From: Patescibacteria group bacterium | Lineage (GTDB): Bacteria; Patescibacteriota; Patescibacteriia; Patescibacteriales; UBA12465 | NCBI GenBank assembly: GCA_050949525.1 | Contig: JBMNFW010000001.1 | Span: forward strand, 271,890-335,889 | DNA length: 64,000 bases | Reading direction: 5' to 3' | Shown: positions 35,907 to 44,159 of the stretch, one piece after another | How positions within the stretch are numbered: position 1 is the stretch's first letter | Layout: each line of letters starts with the position of its first letter | Made by a program: the position numbers and the translations under genes | The notes under the pieces: generated by a model | What the model saw: only the letters and a program-made list of their open reading frames with translations | Told to the model about the DNA's origin: nothing | Databases searched by the model: none

Positions 35907-37178
35907 ATGATTGAGAAAATAAAAAAAATTTGGAAAATTAGAGATTTAAGAAATAATATAATTTTTGTCCTATTGATGTTGGTTGTTTTTAGATTATTTG
36001 CTCATATTCCAGTTCCAGGAGTTAATGTGGCTGTGCTTAGAGAAATTTTTGCTTCCAATCAGATTTTAGGAATGTTAAATCTTTTTTCTGGTGGTAGTAT
36101 GAGTAATTTCTCTATTGTTATGATGGGTATCGGTCCTTATATTACTTCTTCTATTATCTTTCAGTTATTAGGTATGGTAGTACCAAAATTTGAAGAAATG
36201 CAAAAGGAAGAGGTGGGGCGACAGAAGATTAATTCTTGGACTCGTATCGCGACTGTTCCTTTAGCTATGATTCAAGCTTATGGTATGATTACCTTATTAC
36301 GAAAATCATCCGGTGCTATTTTTACTGATGTTTCTTCTTTTGATCTTTTTGTAACCATTATTACTGTTACCGCTGGAACCATATTTTTAATGTGGATTGG
36401 AGAATTGATTTCAGAAAAGAAAATTGGTAATGGTATTTCTTTGTTAATTTTTGCTGGTATTATTTCTTCTTTACCAACTACAGTACAAAATCTTTTTGTT
36501 ACATTTGATTTATCACAGATATATTTATTAATTGGATTTTTAATTATTGCTTTAATTACTATTATTGGAGTTGTTATTATTAATGAAGGGCAAAGAAAGA
36601 TTCCAGTCCAATATGCTCGTCAAATTAGAGGGAATAGAGCTTTTGGTGGTAATACCACTCATCTTCCTTTAAGGGTTAATACTGCTGGAGTTATCCCTAT
36701 TATCTTTGCTATTTCAGTTACTGTTTTTCCTTCAATGATAGCTCAGTTTTTTACTTCAGCTAAGTCCGCTTTTATTTCTAAGGCTGCTTTTTGGGTGATT
36801 AGATTATTTGAAAATCAATTATTCTATGGTATTTTCTATTTTATTCTAGTAGTTGCTTTTACTTATTTTTATACTGAGATCGTTTTTAAACCTGATCAGA
36901 TTTCTGAGAATTTACAAAAGCAAGGAGGTTTTATTCCTGGAATTAGGCCGGGGCGACACACTAGTGAATACCTCTCTTATATTAGTCGTCGTATTCTTTT
37001 GACTGGAGCTTTGTTTTTAGGTTTAATTGCTGTTTTACCTCTCATTATGAAATACTTTACTGGTATGCAATCTTTGGCTATTGGAGGAACCAGTCTCTTA
37101 ATCGTAGTTTCAGTAGTTATTGAAACGGTTAAACAAATTGAAGCTCAGATTAGTATGAGAGAGTACGATCAAATTTAA
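35907..37178 (+). CDS. secY: Preprotein translocase subunit SecY
   Basis: 423-aa, 10-TM-type protein with GIGPYITSSIIFQLL and GGTSLLIVVSV. Confidence 0.96.
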   Translation: MIEKIKKIWKIRDLRNNIIFVLLMLVVFRLFAHIPVPGVNVAVLREIFASNQILGMLNLFSGGSMSNFSIVMMGIGPYITSSIIFQLLGMVVPKFEEMQKEEVGRQKINSWTRIATVPLAMIQAYGMITLLRKSSGAIFTDVSSFDLFVTIITVTAGTIFLMWIGELISEKKIGNGISLLIFAGIISSLPTTVQNLFVTFDLSQIYLLIGFLIIALITIIGVVIINEGQRKIPVQYARQIRGNRAFGGNTTHLPLRVNTAGVIPIIFAISVTVFPSMIAQFFTSAKSAFISKAAFWVIRLFENQLFYGIFYFILVVAFTYFYTEIVFKPDQISENLQKQGGFIPGIRPGRHTSEYLSYISRRILLTGALFLGLIAVLPLIMKYFTGMQSLAIGGTSLLIVVSVVIETVKQIEAQISMREYDQI

Positions 37179-37198
37179 AATATAGTTAATATAGAATA

Positions 37199-37227
37199 AG
37201 AAAGAGCTATTTTAGCTCTTTTTTTAT
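37199..37227 (+). terminator. Intrinsic terminator after secY
   Basis: AAAGAGCTA-ttt-TAGCTCTTT followed by TTTTT. Confidence 0.85.
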
Positions 37228-37242
37228 TGGGTTTTATTGGGC

Positions 37243-37271
37243 TTGACTTTTTTAATATATTATGGTATACT
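37243..37271 (+). promoter_or_regulatory. Strong sigma-70 promoter with extended -10
   Basis: TTGACT, 17 nt (ending TGg), TATACT. Confidence 0.65.
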
Positions 37272-37277
37272 GAGTTT

Positions 37278-37425
37278 AGTTATTTAAAAATTTAAAATTA
37301 TGGTAGTATTATGCTTTTTAATGATCATTGTAGCGGGAGTAATTAGATCAAACTTCAGTCTAGGACACTTTGTTAGAAAGTAGTCCAGCTACAATTAAAG
37401 CCTTATTAGTTTAAGGCTTTTTTTA
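37278..37425 (+). ncRNA. Candidate ~150-nt independent transcript: either a structured small RNA or the mRNA of a 27-aa hydrophobic peptide
   Basis: Bounded by the promoter above and a terminator at 37397-37425. Long-range stem ATTGTAGC (37327-34)/GCTACAAT (37388-95) encloses hairpin GGACACTT-tgttaga-AAGTaGTCC. An ORF at 37300-37383 encodes MVVLCFLMIIVAGVIRSNFSLGHFVRK. Confidence 0.35.
37397..37425 (+). terminator. Intrinsic terminator of the small transcription unit
   Basis: AAAGCCTTA-ttagtt-TAAGGCTTT followed by TTTT. Confidence 0.8.
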
Positions 37426-37482
37426 TTAGTATTTTTTTTCTTTTATTGCTATAATAAAAGAGTTAGAATTAAGTTTTTTATT

Positions 37483-37770
37483 ATGTTTTCAAAAAAACTT
37501 CCTTCTGGTCGATCTGATTTTAGAATGTCAGGTTCTAGTGGTTTTAAGCGAAAGTTATCTAATTTAACTAGGTATGGTCAGTTTAATAATTTAAAAAACA
37601 ATCGCTCTCAAGCCATTAGTATTTTTAATGATTTAGCGCCATTAATTCGAAAAAATGGTAAATTATCTCTATCAGTTCGACAAAGAGCCGCTCGAAAATT
37701 TGCCTCTTTGCCTAATACTACTAGGCAAGATGAGCGAGATTTTAGGAAGATTTTAGATTATTACAAATAA
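37483..37770 (+). CDS. Small basic hypothetical protein (95 aa)
   Basis: The ORF starts 3 nt... it ends 2 nt before map and occupies the slot where adk usually sits. An upstream TGcTATAAT extended -10 lies at 37447-37455. No recognisable motif. Confidence 0.5.
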   Translation: MFSKKLPSGRSDFRMSGSSGFKRKLSNLTRYGQFNNLKNNRSQAISIFNDLAPLIRKNGKLSLSVRQRAARKFASLPNTTRQDERDFRKILDYYK

Positions 37771-37772
37771 TT

Positions 37773-38618
37773 ATGATTTATATTAAAAATCAAGCCGAAA
37801 TTGATATTATTTATCAAGGTGGTCAAATTTTAGCTAGAATTTTAGATAAATTAGGCCAAGAACTTAAGCCTGGAGCTTCAACAGCTCAAATAGAGGATTT
37901 GGCTCTTAGTTTAATAAAGGAAGCTGGTGGTCGACCAGCTTTTAAGGATTATAATATGGGGGGTGGGATATTTTTCCCCTCCGCTTTATGTGTTTCAATT
38001 AATAATGAAGTGGTTCATGGTTCTTCTTTGCCAGATAGGATTGTGCAGGAAGGGGATATAGTTAGTTTTGATATTGGTATGGAGTGGCCTTTACAAACGC
38101 CTGAGGAGGCTCAGAAAAATAATCGACCCTATAATAATCATTCTCTGGGTGGTGGATTCTATACTGATACTTGTCGGACTTTTGCGGTTGGAAAAATTAG
38201 TTCTTTAGCTGAAAAACTTTTAAAAGTTACTCAAACAGCTCTTAATTTAGGTATTTCACAGGCTGTAGCTGGTAAAACTTTAAACGATATTGGGAAAACC
38301 ATTGAAGATTATATTAAAAAGGAAGGTTTTAGTTCTGTCCGAGATTTAGTTGGTCATGGAGTTGGGTATTTAGCTCATGAAGATCCTTATGTTTTTCATT
38401 ATGAAATTGGTGATAATTCTCCTAGTAATATTATTTTAAAGCCAGGAATGGTGATAGCAATTGAACCGATGATTAATGTTGGTAAATCTAGAGTTAAAAT
38501 GGCTAGTAATGGTTATACTGTCTTAACGGCTGATAACTCTCTTAGTGCTCATTTTGAACATTCAGTGGCTATTTTAGAACCAGGGAAGGGTAATTTAATC
38601 TTAACTAAGTTAAAATGA
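37773..38618 (+). CDS. map: Methionine aminopeptidase, type I
   Basis: NEVVHG, DIVSFDIG, GHGVG, IEPM and FEHSV metal-ligand motifs. Confidence 0.93.
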   Translation: MIYIKNQAEIDIIYQGGQILARILDKLGQELKPGASTAQIEDLALSLIKEAGGRPAFKDYNMGGGIFFPSALCVSINNEVVHGSSLPDRIVQEGDIVSFDIGMEWPLQTPEEAQKNNRPYNNHSLGGGFYTDTCRTFAVGKISSLAEKLLKVTQTALNLGISQAVAGKTLNDIGKTIEDYIKKEGFSSVRDLVGHGVGYLAHEDPYVFHYEIGDNSPSNIILKPGMVIAIEPMINVGKSRVKMASNGYTVLTADNSLSAHFEHSVAILEPGKGNLILTKLK

Positions 38619-38992
38619 TTAAAAAATATTTAGGTTTAGATTGGGGGGAGAAAAGAATTGGATTGTCGATAGCTGATAGTGAGAATAGGGTGGCCTTACC
38701 TCTTAAAACCATTAATAATTTTCAAGAACTTTTAGAAGTGGTTAAAGAAGAGGGAATTGATTTCTTGGTGATTGGCCAGCCTAAAAAAATGTCAGGTGAT
38801 GAAGCTAATCAGCCACTTTTTTTAAAGTTTTTAGATTTAATTAGGAAAAATAATTTTTCTTTCTTTTTAATAGATGAGAGATTGTCTAGTGTTCAGGCTG
38901 ATAGTCTTCGAGTTAAAGAGTTTAAATTTGACCGCGATGCTTTATCAGCGATGATAATACTTCAATCTTATTTAGATAAAACTTATGATTAA
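38615..38992 (+). CDS. ruvX: YqgF/RuvX-family putative pre-16S rRNA nuclease / Holliday junction resolvase-like protein
   Basis: YLGLDWGEKRIGLSIADS N-terminus and DERLSSVQA. Confidence 0.85.
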   Translation: MIKKYLGLDWGEKRIGLSIADSENRVALPLKTINNFQELLEVVKEEGIDFLVIGQPKKMSGDEANQPLFLKFLDLIRKNNFSFFLIDERLSSVQADSLRVKEFKFDRDALSAMIILQSYLDKTYD

Positions 38993-39683
38993 AACTAAAG
39001 CTATAGTTTTAAATCGTAAACCTTATCGTGATTATGATGCTCTGGTTTCTTTTTATACCTTAGATCAGGGTTATTTAGTTTTATTAGCTCGAGGTTTACA
39101 AAAAGAAAAGTCTAAATTAGCTGGTCATTTAGAACCTTTTAATTTAGTTGATTTAATGATTATTAAAGGACGAGAAAGATATTATATTGGTAGTGCTATT
39201 TCAGAAAACTCTTTTTTAAATATTAAATCTGATTATCAACGAATATGGTTAGCTGGTGAGGCGATTAATTTTGTTCAAAGTTTAAGTTTTCCGGAGCAGG
39301 TTGATTATAATATTTTTTTAACTCTTAGAGATTTTCTTTTAAGTTTAGATTTTAGTTCGGATAGTGCTAAAGAGCTATTATTATTTTTTAAACTTAAGGT
39401 TCTAGAGATTTTGGGTTATGGTTTAGGCTCTAGTTCTTGTTCTTTTTGTCACTCTAAAGATGATTTAATTTTTAATTTTTTTGATAAAGAATTTATTTGC
39501 CGAAATTGTGCTCAGGGTCAGGGGTTATCTAATGAGTATTTATTTAAAATTAGTCGTAAGTCTTTAAATTTAAGAGATAATATTATTAATTCAGAATTTC
39601 TAGCTTTACAAAAATTAAGTCTAGAATCTAATGAATATCAAGATTTAGAAACTTTAGTTAATCTTTTTAAACGAATAATTTAG
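38985..39683 (+). CDS. recO: DNA repair protein RecO
   Basis: The OB-fold N-terminus AIVLNRKPYRDYDALVSFYT and the CSFCHS...CRNC zinc motif are typical of RecO. Confidence 0.8.
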   Translation: MIKTKAIVLNRKPYRDYDALVSFYTLDQGYLVLLARGLQKEKSKLAGHLEPFNLVDLMIIKGRERYYIGSAISENSFLNIKSDYQRIWLAGEAINFVQSLSFPEQVDYNIFLTLRDFLLSLDFSSDSAKELLLFFKLKVLEILGYGLGSSSCSFCHSKDDLIFNFFDKEFICRNCAQGQGLSNEYLFKISRKSLNLRDNIINSEFLALQKLSLESNEYQDLETLVNLFKRII

Positions 39684-39729
39684 TTGATTGATTTATCGCT
39701 TAAAATGAGTTAAAATCTAAGAGTTAGAT

Positions 39730-40470
39730 ATGATGGAGGTAAAAATAGATAACTTTCAAGGGCCTTTGTCGCTCTTGCTTCAAATAATTGAAAAAGAGGA
39801 ATTAGATATTAATTCAATTAGTTTAGCTAAGATTGCTGATGAGTATTTGGAGTATGTAAAAAATTCACCTGATATTTTACCGGAATCAATGGCTGATTTT
39901 TTATTATTAGCTGCTCGACTTTTATATATTAAATCTAAATCTTTATTACCTTTTTTATTTAGTGAAGAAGATGAAGCTGAAATTCAGAATCTAGAAGAGA
40001 AGTTGAGGTTGTATAAAGATTTTGTTGATTTAAGTGCTAAAGTTCAAAAGATCATTGGTCGAAAAAAGTTTTTCTTTTTTCGTGATAATTTAAAAACTAA
40101 GCGTCATTGGTCTTTAATGGAGGATACTTTTATATCGCCTCAGAATTTAAGGTTGGAGGAATTGAGCTCTGAATTTCAGAAAATATTGAATCGAATTGAG
40201 GTGTTGGAGGAATCTTTGGGTCGAGATGTTATAATGGAAGAGATCAGTATTGAAGAACGGATTGTTTTTATTCGTCAAGCTATTGTTAGTAAGGTTAGAA
40301 TTAGTTTTACTAAAATATTACGCGAGTCTAAGTCTAAAACTGAAGTTATTGTTAATTTTTTAGCTGTTTTAGAATTAGCTAAGCAAAAAGAAATTGTTTT
40401 TAATCAAGATGGATTATTTGGTGAAATTTTTGTTGAAACTTACAAAAGTTTAGAAGAAAATTTAAATTAA
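39730..40470 (+). CDS. scpA: Segregation and condensation protein A
   Basis: NFQGPLSLLLQIIEKEELDINSISLAKIADEYLEY. Confidence 0.85.
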   Translation: MMEVKIDNFQGPLSLLLQIIEKEELDINSISLAKIADEYLEYVKNSPDILPESMADFLLLAARLLYIKSKSLLPFLFSEEDEAEIQNLEEKLRLYKDFVDLSAKVQKIIGRKKFFFFRDNLKTKRHWSLMEDTFISPQNLRLEELSSEFQKILNRIEVLEESLGRDVIMEEISIEERIVFIRQAIVSKVRISFTKILRESKSKTEVIVNFLAVLELAKQKEIVFNQDGLFGEIFVETYKSLEENLN

Positions 40471-40474
40471 ATAT

Positions 40475-41014
40475 ATGGAATTAAAGTATATTATTGAATC
40501 ATTATTCTTTGTTAGTCCTAAACCTTTAACTATTAAGGAGATTGCTTCTTTTTTGGATAAAGAAAAATCAGAGGTGGAGCAGGCTTTAGAGCTTTTAAGT
40601 TCTGAATATGAATCATCTAAGCGAGGTATTAGGATAATTGAGAGTAATAAGAAGTATCAGATGGCTAGTGCTCCGGATAATGCTAAGTTGGTTCAGAAGT
40701 TTTTACAAACTGAAGTTAGTGGGGAATTAAGTCCAGCTAGTTTAGAAACTCTAACTATTATTGCTTATCGTGGACCGATTAAAAAGAAAGATTTAGAGAA
40801 AATTAGGGGTATAAATTGTAGCTTAATTTTACGGAATCTTTTAATCCGAGGTTTAGTAGAGGAGAAAGATGCTCCAGAAGCGGAGGATCGAGAATATTCG
40901 GTTAGTTTAGAGTTTATGAAATTTTTAGGTCTTAGCACTCTAAAAGATTTGCCTGATTATGAAAAATTTAATCAGAATGAGCAGATTGATAAATTATTAA
41001 GTGAGAATGAGTAG
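40475..41014 (+). CDS. scpB: Segregation and condensation protein B
   Basis: IESLFFVSPKPLTIKEIA and LSPASLETLTIIAYRGPI; follows scpA. Confidence 0.85.
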   Translation: MELKYIIESLFFVSPKPLTIKEIASFLDKEKSEVEQALELLSSEYESSKRGIRIIESNKKYQMASAPDNAKLVQKFLQTEVSGELSPASLETLTIIAYRGPIKKKDLEKIRGINCSLILRNLLIRGLVEEKDAPEAEDREYSVSLEFMKFLGLSTLKDLPDYEKFNQNEQIDKLLSENE

Positions 41015-41921
41015 TTTTATGTGGGGGAGTATTTTTTTAAATCTTTTAAGTTTTTTTATTTTCAAAAGTAATTGTTTAGCTTTTGTACCTTTTCCATCTT
41101 TTGAGGAAGGGGAGATAGTTAAGGTAGTTGATAGTCAATATTTTTCGGAAAAATTATCTAAGATGGAAATTCCGGATATTTCTGCTACTAATGCTGTAGT
41201 TTTAGATTTGAATAAGGATATATTTATCTTTGAAAAAGATTCGGAGGAGGTTAAGCCAATCGCTAGTATTAGTAAGTTAATGGCTGTTTTAGTTATGATG
41301 GAAAATTTTAAGTTAGATTTAGATGAATATTATATAATTAAGGGAAGTGATCATCGTCCTGGTGGTCGAAATCATGTATTTAGAGGTGAGGAAGTTAAAC
41401 GACAAGACTTATTAGCCTTAACCTTAATCGCTTCTGATAATAGTGCTTTAATATCTTTAATTTCTTCGTTAAATTTAGAGGAAAAAGATTTAGTAGAATT
41501 AATGAATCAAAAAGCTAAAGATTTAGGATTAGAAAATACTAGATTTGAAGATGCTACTGGTTTGGATGTCAGGAATGTTTCTACTGCTAAGGAATTAGCC
41601 ACTCTTTTAAAGGAGTCTTTTAGTATTCCTGAGATTGTTGATTTAATTAAGAAACCGCAGTATAGTTTTTATACTAAACAAGGAGTTTTAAAGACTGCTT
41701 ATTCAACCAATGAATTATTAAATAATTTTACCAATCAGCTTGATTTAGAAATAATTGGAGCTAAGACCGGTTATAATGATTTATCTGGTTATTGTTTAGG
41801 GAGTAAATTTAGTATTAATCAGTCTGAATTTATTAGCATTGTATTAAATGCTAGTAGCCTAAAAGCTCGTTTTAATGATACTAGGAATATAGCTCAAGCT
41901 GTATATAATTATTATAATTAA
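41001..41921 (+). CDS. D-alanyl-D-alanine carboxypeptidase (S11 penicillin-binding protein family)
   Basis: SISK (SxxK), SDN and KTG (AKTGYN) motifs in the right order, with an N-terminal signal/anchor. GTG start at 41001; an alternative ATG is at 41007. Confidence 0.8.
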   Translation: MRMSSFMWGSIFLNLLSFFIFKSNCLAFVPFPSFEEGEIVKVVDSQYFSEKLSKMEIPDISATNAVVLDLNKDIFIFEKDSEEVKPIASISKLMAVLVMMENFKLDLDEYYIIKGSDHRPGGRNHVFRGEEVKRQDLLALTLIASDNSALISLISSLNLEEKDLVELMNQKAKDLGLENTRFEDATGLDVRNVSTAKELATLLKESFSIPEIVDLIKKPQYSFYTKQGVLKTAYSTNELLNNFTNQLDLEIIGAKTGYNDLSGYCLGSKFSINQSEFISIVLNASSLKARFNDTRNIAQAVYNYYN

Positions 41922-41923
41922 AT

Positions 41924-42352
41924 ATGAAGTTTAGAGTGGCAGCTAATTTGGTAGGTAATTATAAAACTTTTGCTCGTCGAGCTGGTTATGCTTTTATTTT
42001 TGATCGAAGAAGTGGTCAGGAAAGTTTTGTTAAAAGATTGGGCTCTTCACACTATCCTCGTCTTCATTTATATATCAGTTCGATAGAAGATGATTTAATT
42101 TTTGATCTTCATCTAGATCAGAAAAAGGCTAGTTATCAAGGTTATCATCGTCATAATGCTGAATATGATCATGAATTAGTTCGGGAGGAGATTATTCGTC
42201 TGAAATCTTTATTAGGTGTGGACTCTATTAATTCTAATGATTTATTAAATGATTTTTCTGAGTCTAGAGATCAGGCAGTATTTTCTGGTAATTTAGACGA
42301 AGATTTAGCCCGTCTTAGAGGAAAAAAGAAAAAGCGATTTTTATTTTTCTAA
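41924..42352 (+). CDS. Hypothetical protein (142 aa) ending 2 nt upstream of dnaG
   Basis: ORF with no motif I recognise. Its tight coupling to dnaG supports it being real. Confidence 0.5.
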   Translation: MKFRVAANLVGNYKTFARRAGYAFIFDRRSGQESFVKRLGSSHYPRLHLYISSIEDDLIFDLHLDQKKASYQGYHRHNAEYDHELVREEIIRLKSLLGVDSINSNDLLNDFSESRDQAVFSGNLDEDLARLRGKKKKRFLFF

Positions 42353-42354
42353 AT

Positions 42355-44151
42355 ATGAATCAAAGTGATGAAATAAAAAATAAATTAGATTTAGTTGAAA
42401 TTATTGGTGAATATATTAGCTTAAAACCAGCTGGATCTAATTTTAGAGCTCTCTGTCCTTTTCATAATGAAAAGACTCCATCTTTTATGGTATCACCTGA
42501 TAAGCAGATTTGGCATTGTTTTGGTTGCGGTAAGGGGGGAGATGTTTTTTCTTTTGTGATGGGGATGGAGGGTTTAGATTTTGTTGAAGCTTTAAAAGTT
42601 TTAGCTCCTCGGGCTGGGGTGGTTTTGAAAACTCGGGATTTTTCTTCTGATAATAAAAGAAATCGACTTTTACAAATTATGGAATTAAGTCGTAAGTATT
42701 ATCATCAGGTTTTAAATTCTAGTCCAGCTAGTGCTCCAATTAAAAAATATTTAGAGGGCCGGGGTTTAGATAGGAAAGCTTTAACAGCTTGGCAAATCGG
42801 TTATAGTTTAGATGATTATTATGATTTAAATAAATTTCTTAAGTCTAAAGGTTTTAATGATGACGAAATATTAGCGGCCGGAATTTCTTTTAAAAGTAAA
42901 CAGGGGAAATATTTAAATCGTTTTCGTGATCGTATTATGTTTCCTATAAATGATCATAATGGTCGAACGGTTGCCTTTACGGCTCGAATTAATCCAGCTA
43001 TCAAAGATAGTGATTTAGGGAAATATATCAATAGTCCTCAAAGTGATATTTATGATAAGAGTCAAATCCTTTTTGCTCTAGATCGAGCTAAGTTGTATAT
43101 TAAAAAGAGAGGTTATATTATTTTAGTGGAAGGACAAATGGATGCCATTTCAGCTCATCAGGCTGGTTTTCTAAATACTTGTGCTGTTTCTGGTACTGCT
43201 TTAACTAAAACTCAATTAAACTTAATTAAACGATATACTAAGAATATTATTTTAGCTTTTGATCAAGATTTAGCTGGACAGAAGGCTACTGATCGGGGGA
43301 TTGGGGAAGCTTTAAGGATGGGTTTTAATCTTAAGGTGGCTTCTTTACCTAAGGGCCAAGATCCAGATGATTTAATTCGAGAAGATTTAAAAGCTTTTAA
43401 AGAATCTATTAGAAATGCTCAAGCTTTGATGGATTATTATTTAGATCGGGAATTTAAGGATTTAGATTTGACGAATTTTCAAGAAAAGGGCCAAGCTGTC
43501 AACAGGATATTAACAGTTATAAACATGGTGTATAATAAAGTTGAACAAGATTTTTGGTTAAAAGAATTAAGTCAGAGAGCTCAAGTTGATGAAGTTTTTT
43601 TACGAGAGGAATTAGTGAAAATAGGCCAAAAATCGAGGGTTTCTCGGATAAATGATCCAGAGGAGACAGATAAATCGTCTTTTGTCAAAGTTGAGGAACT
43701 TTCTTGGCGACAAAAATTAGTGGAAAATCTTTTATCCTTAATTTTAAAAGACAATCAATACTGTGGATATGTTTTTAATAATTTAAATAGTGATTTTTTA
43801 GATTCCAAATATCAGGTTTTTTACCAAGAAGCTATAGTTTATAATCAAGATAAGAAGCAGCTTGACTATCAGGGTTTTTTAAACTATCTTGAAGAGAGAG
43901 ATTTAAAAGCTGAAATTGAAATCTTAAAGCGGGTGGCTCTTAAAGCTGATTGGTATGATTTATCTCCCAGTGATTTAAAGACTGAAATTATTAAAATTAT
44001 TATGGAGATAAAAAAAGACTATTTTAAGGCTAAGATTTTTTTAGCTAATCAAGAATTAATTGAGGCGGAAAAAAATAATGATCAAGAAAAAATAAATAAA
44101 ATTATGACTGATCTGCAAAATTATAATCAAGAATTACAAAAAATAATATAA
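42355..44151 (+). CDS. dnaG: DNA primase
   Basis: Zinc finger [30 protein letters not shown] and the TOPRIM motif EGQMDAIS. Confidence 0.93.
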   Translation: MNQSDEIKNKLDLVEIIGEYISLKPAGSNFRALCPFHNEKTPSFMVSPDKQIWHCFGCGKGGDVFSFVMGMEGLDFVEALKVLAPRAGVVLKTRDFSSDNKRNRLLQIMELSRKYYHQVLNSSPASAPIKKYLEGRGLDRKALTAWQIGYSLDDYYDLNKFLKSKGFNDDEILAAGISFKSKQGKYLNRFRDRIMFPINDHNGRTVAFTARINPAIKDSDLGKYINSPQSDIYDKSQILFALDRAKLYIKKRGYIILVEGQMDAISAHQAGFLNTCAVSGTALTKTQLNLIKRYTKNIILAFDQDLAGQKATDRGIGEALRMGFNLKVASLPKGQDPDDLIREDLKAFKESIRNAQALMDYYLDREFKDLDLTNFQEKGQAVNRILTVINMVYNKVEQDFWLKELSQRAQVDEVFLREELVKIGQKSRVSRINDPEETDKSSFVKVEELSWRQKLVENLLSLILKDNQYCGYVFNNLNSDFLDSKYQVFYQEAIVYNQDKKQLDYQGFLNYLEERDLKAEIEILKRVALKADWYDLSPSDLKTEIIKIIMEIKKDYFKAKIFLANQELIEAEKNNDQEKINKIMTDLQNYNQELQKII

Positions 44152-44159
44152 GTTTAAAT

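Noticed and set aside
37278-37425. Identification of the small unit as SRP (4.5S) RNA, 6S RNA or a tRNA-like gene
   Set aside because: It has no GGAA/GNRA tetraloop with flanking AGCA/GGAAGCAG-type SRP motifs, no 6S-like long interrupted helix and no T-arm GTTCGAATC box. I left it as an unclassified candidate.
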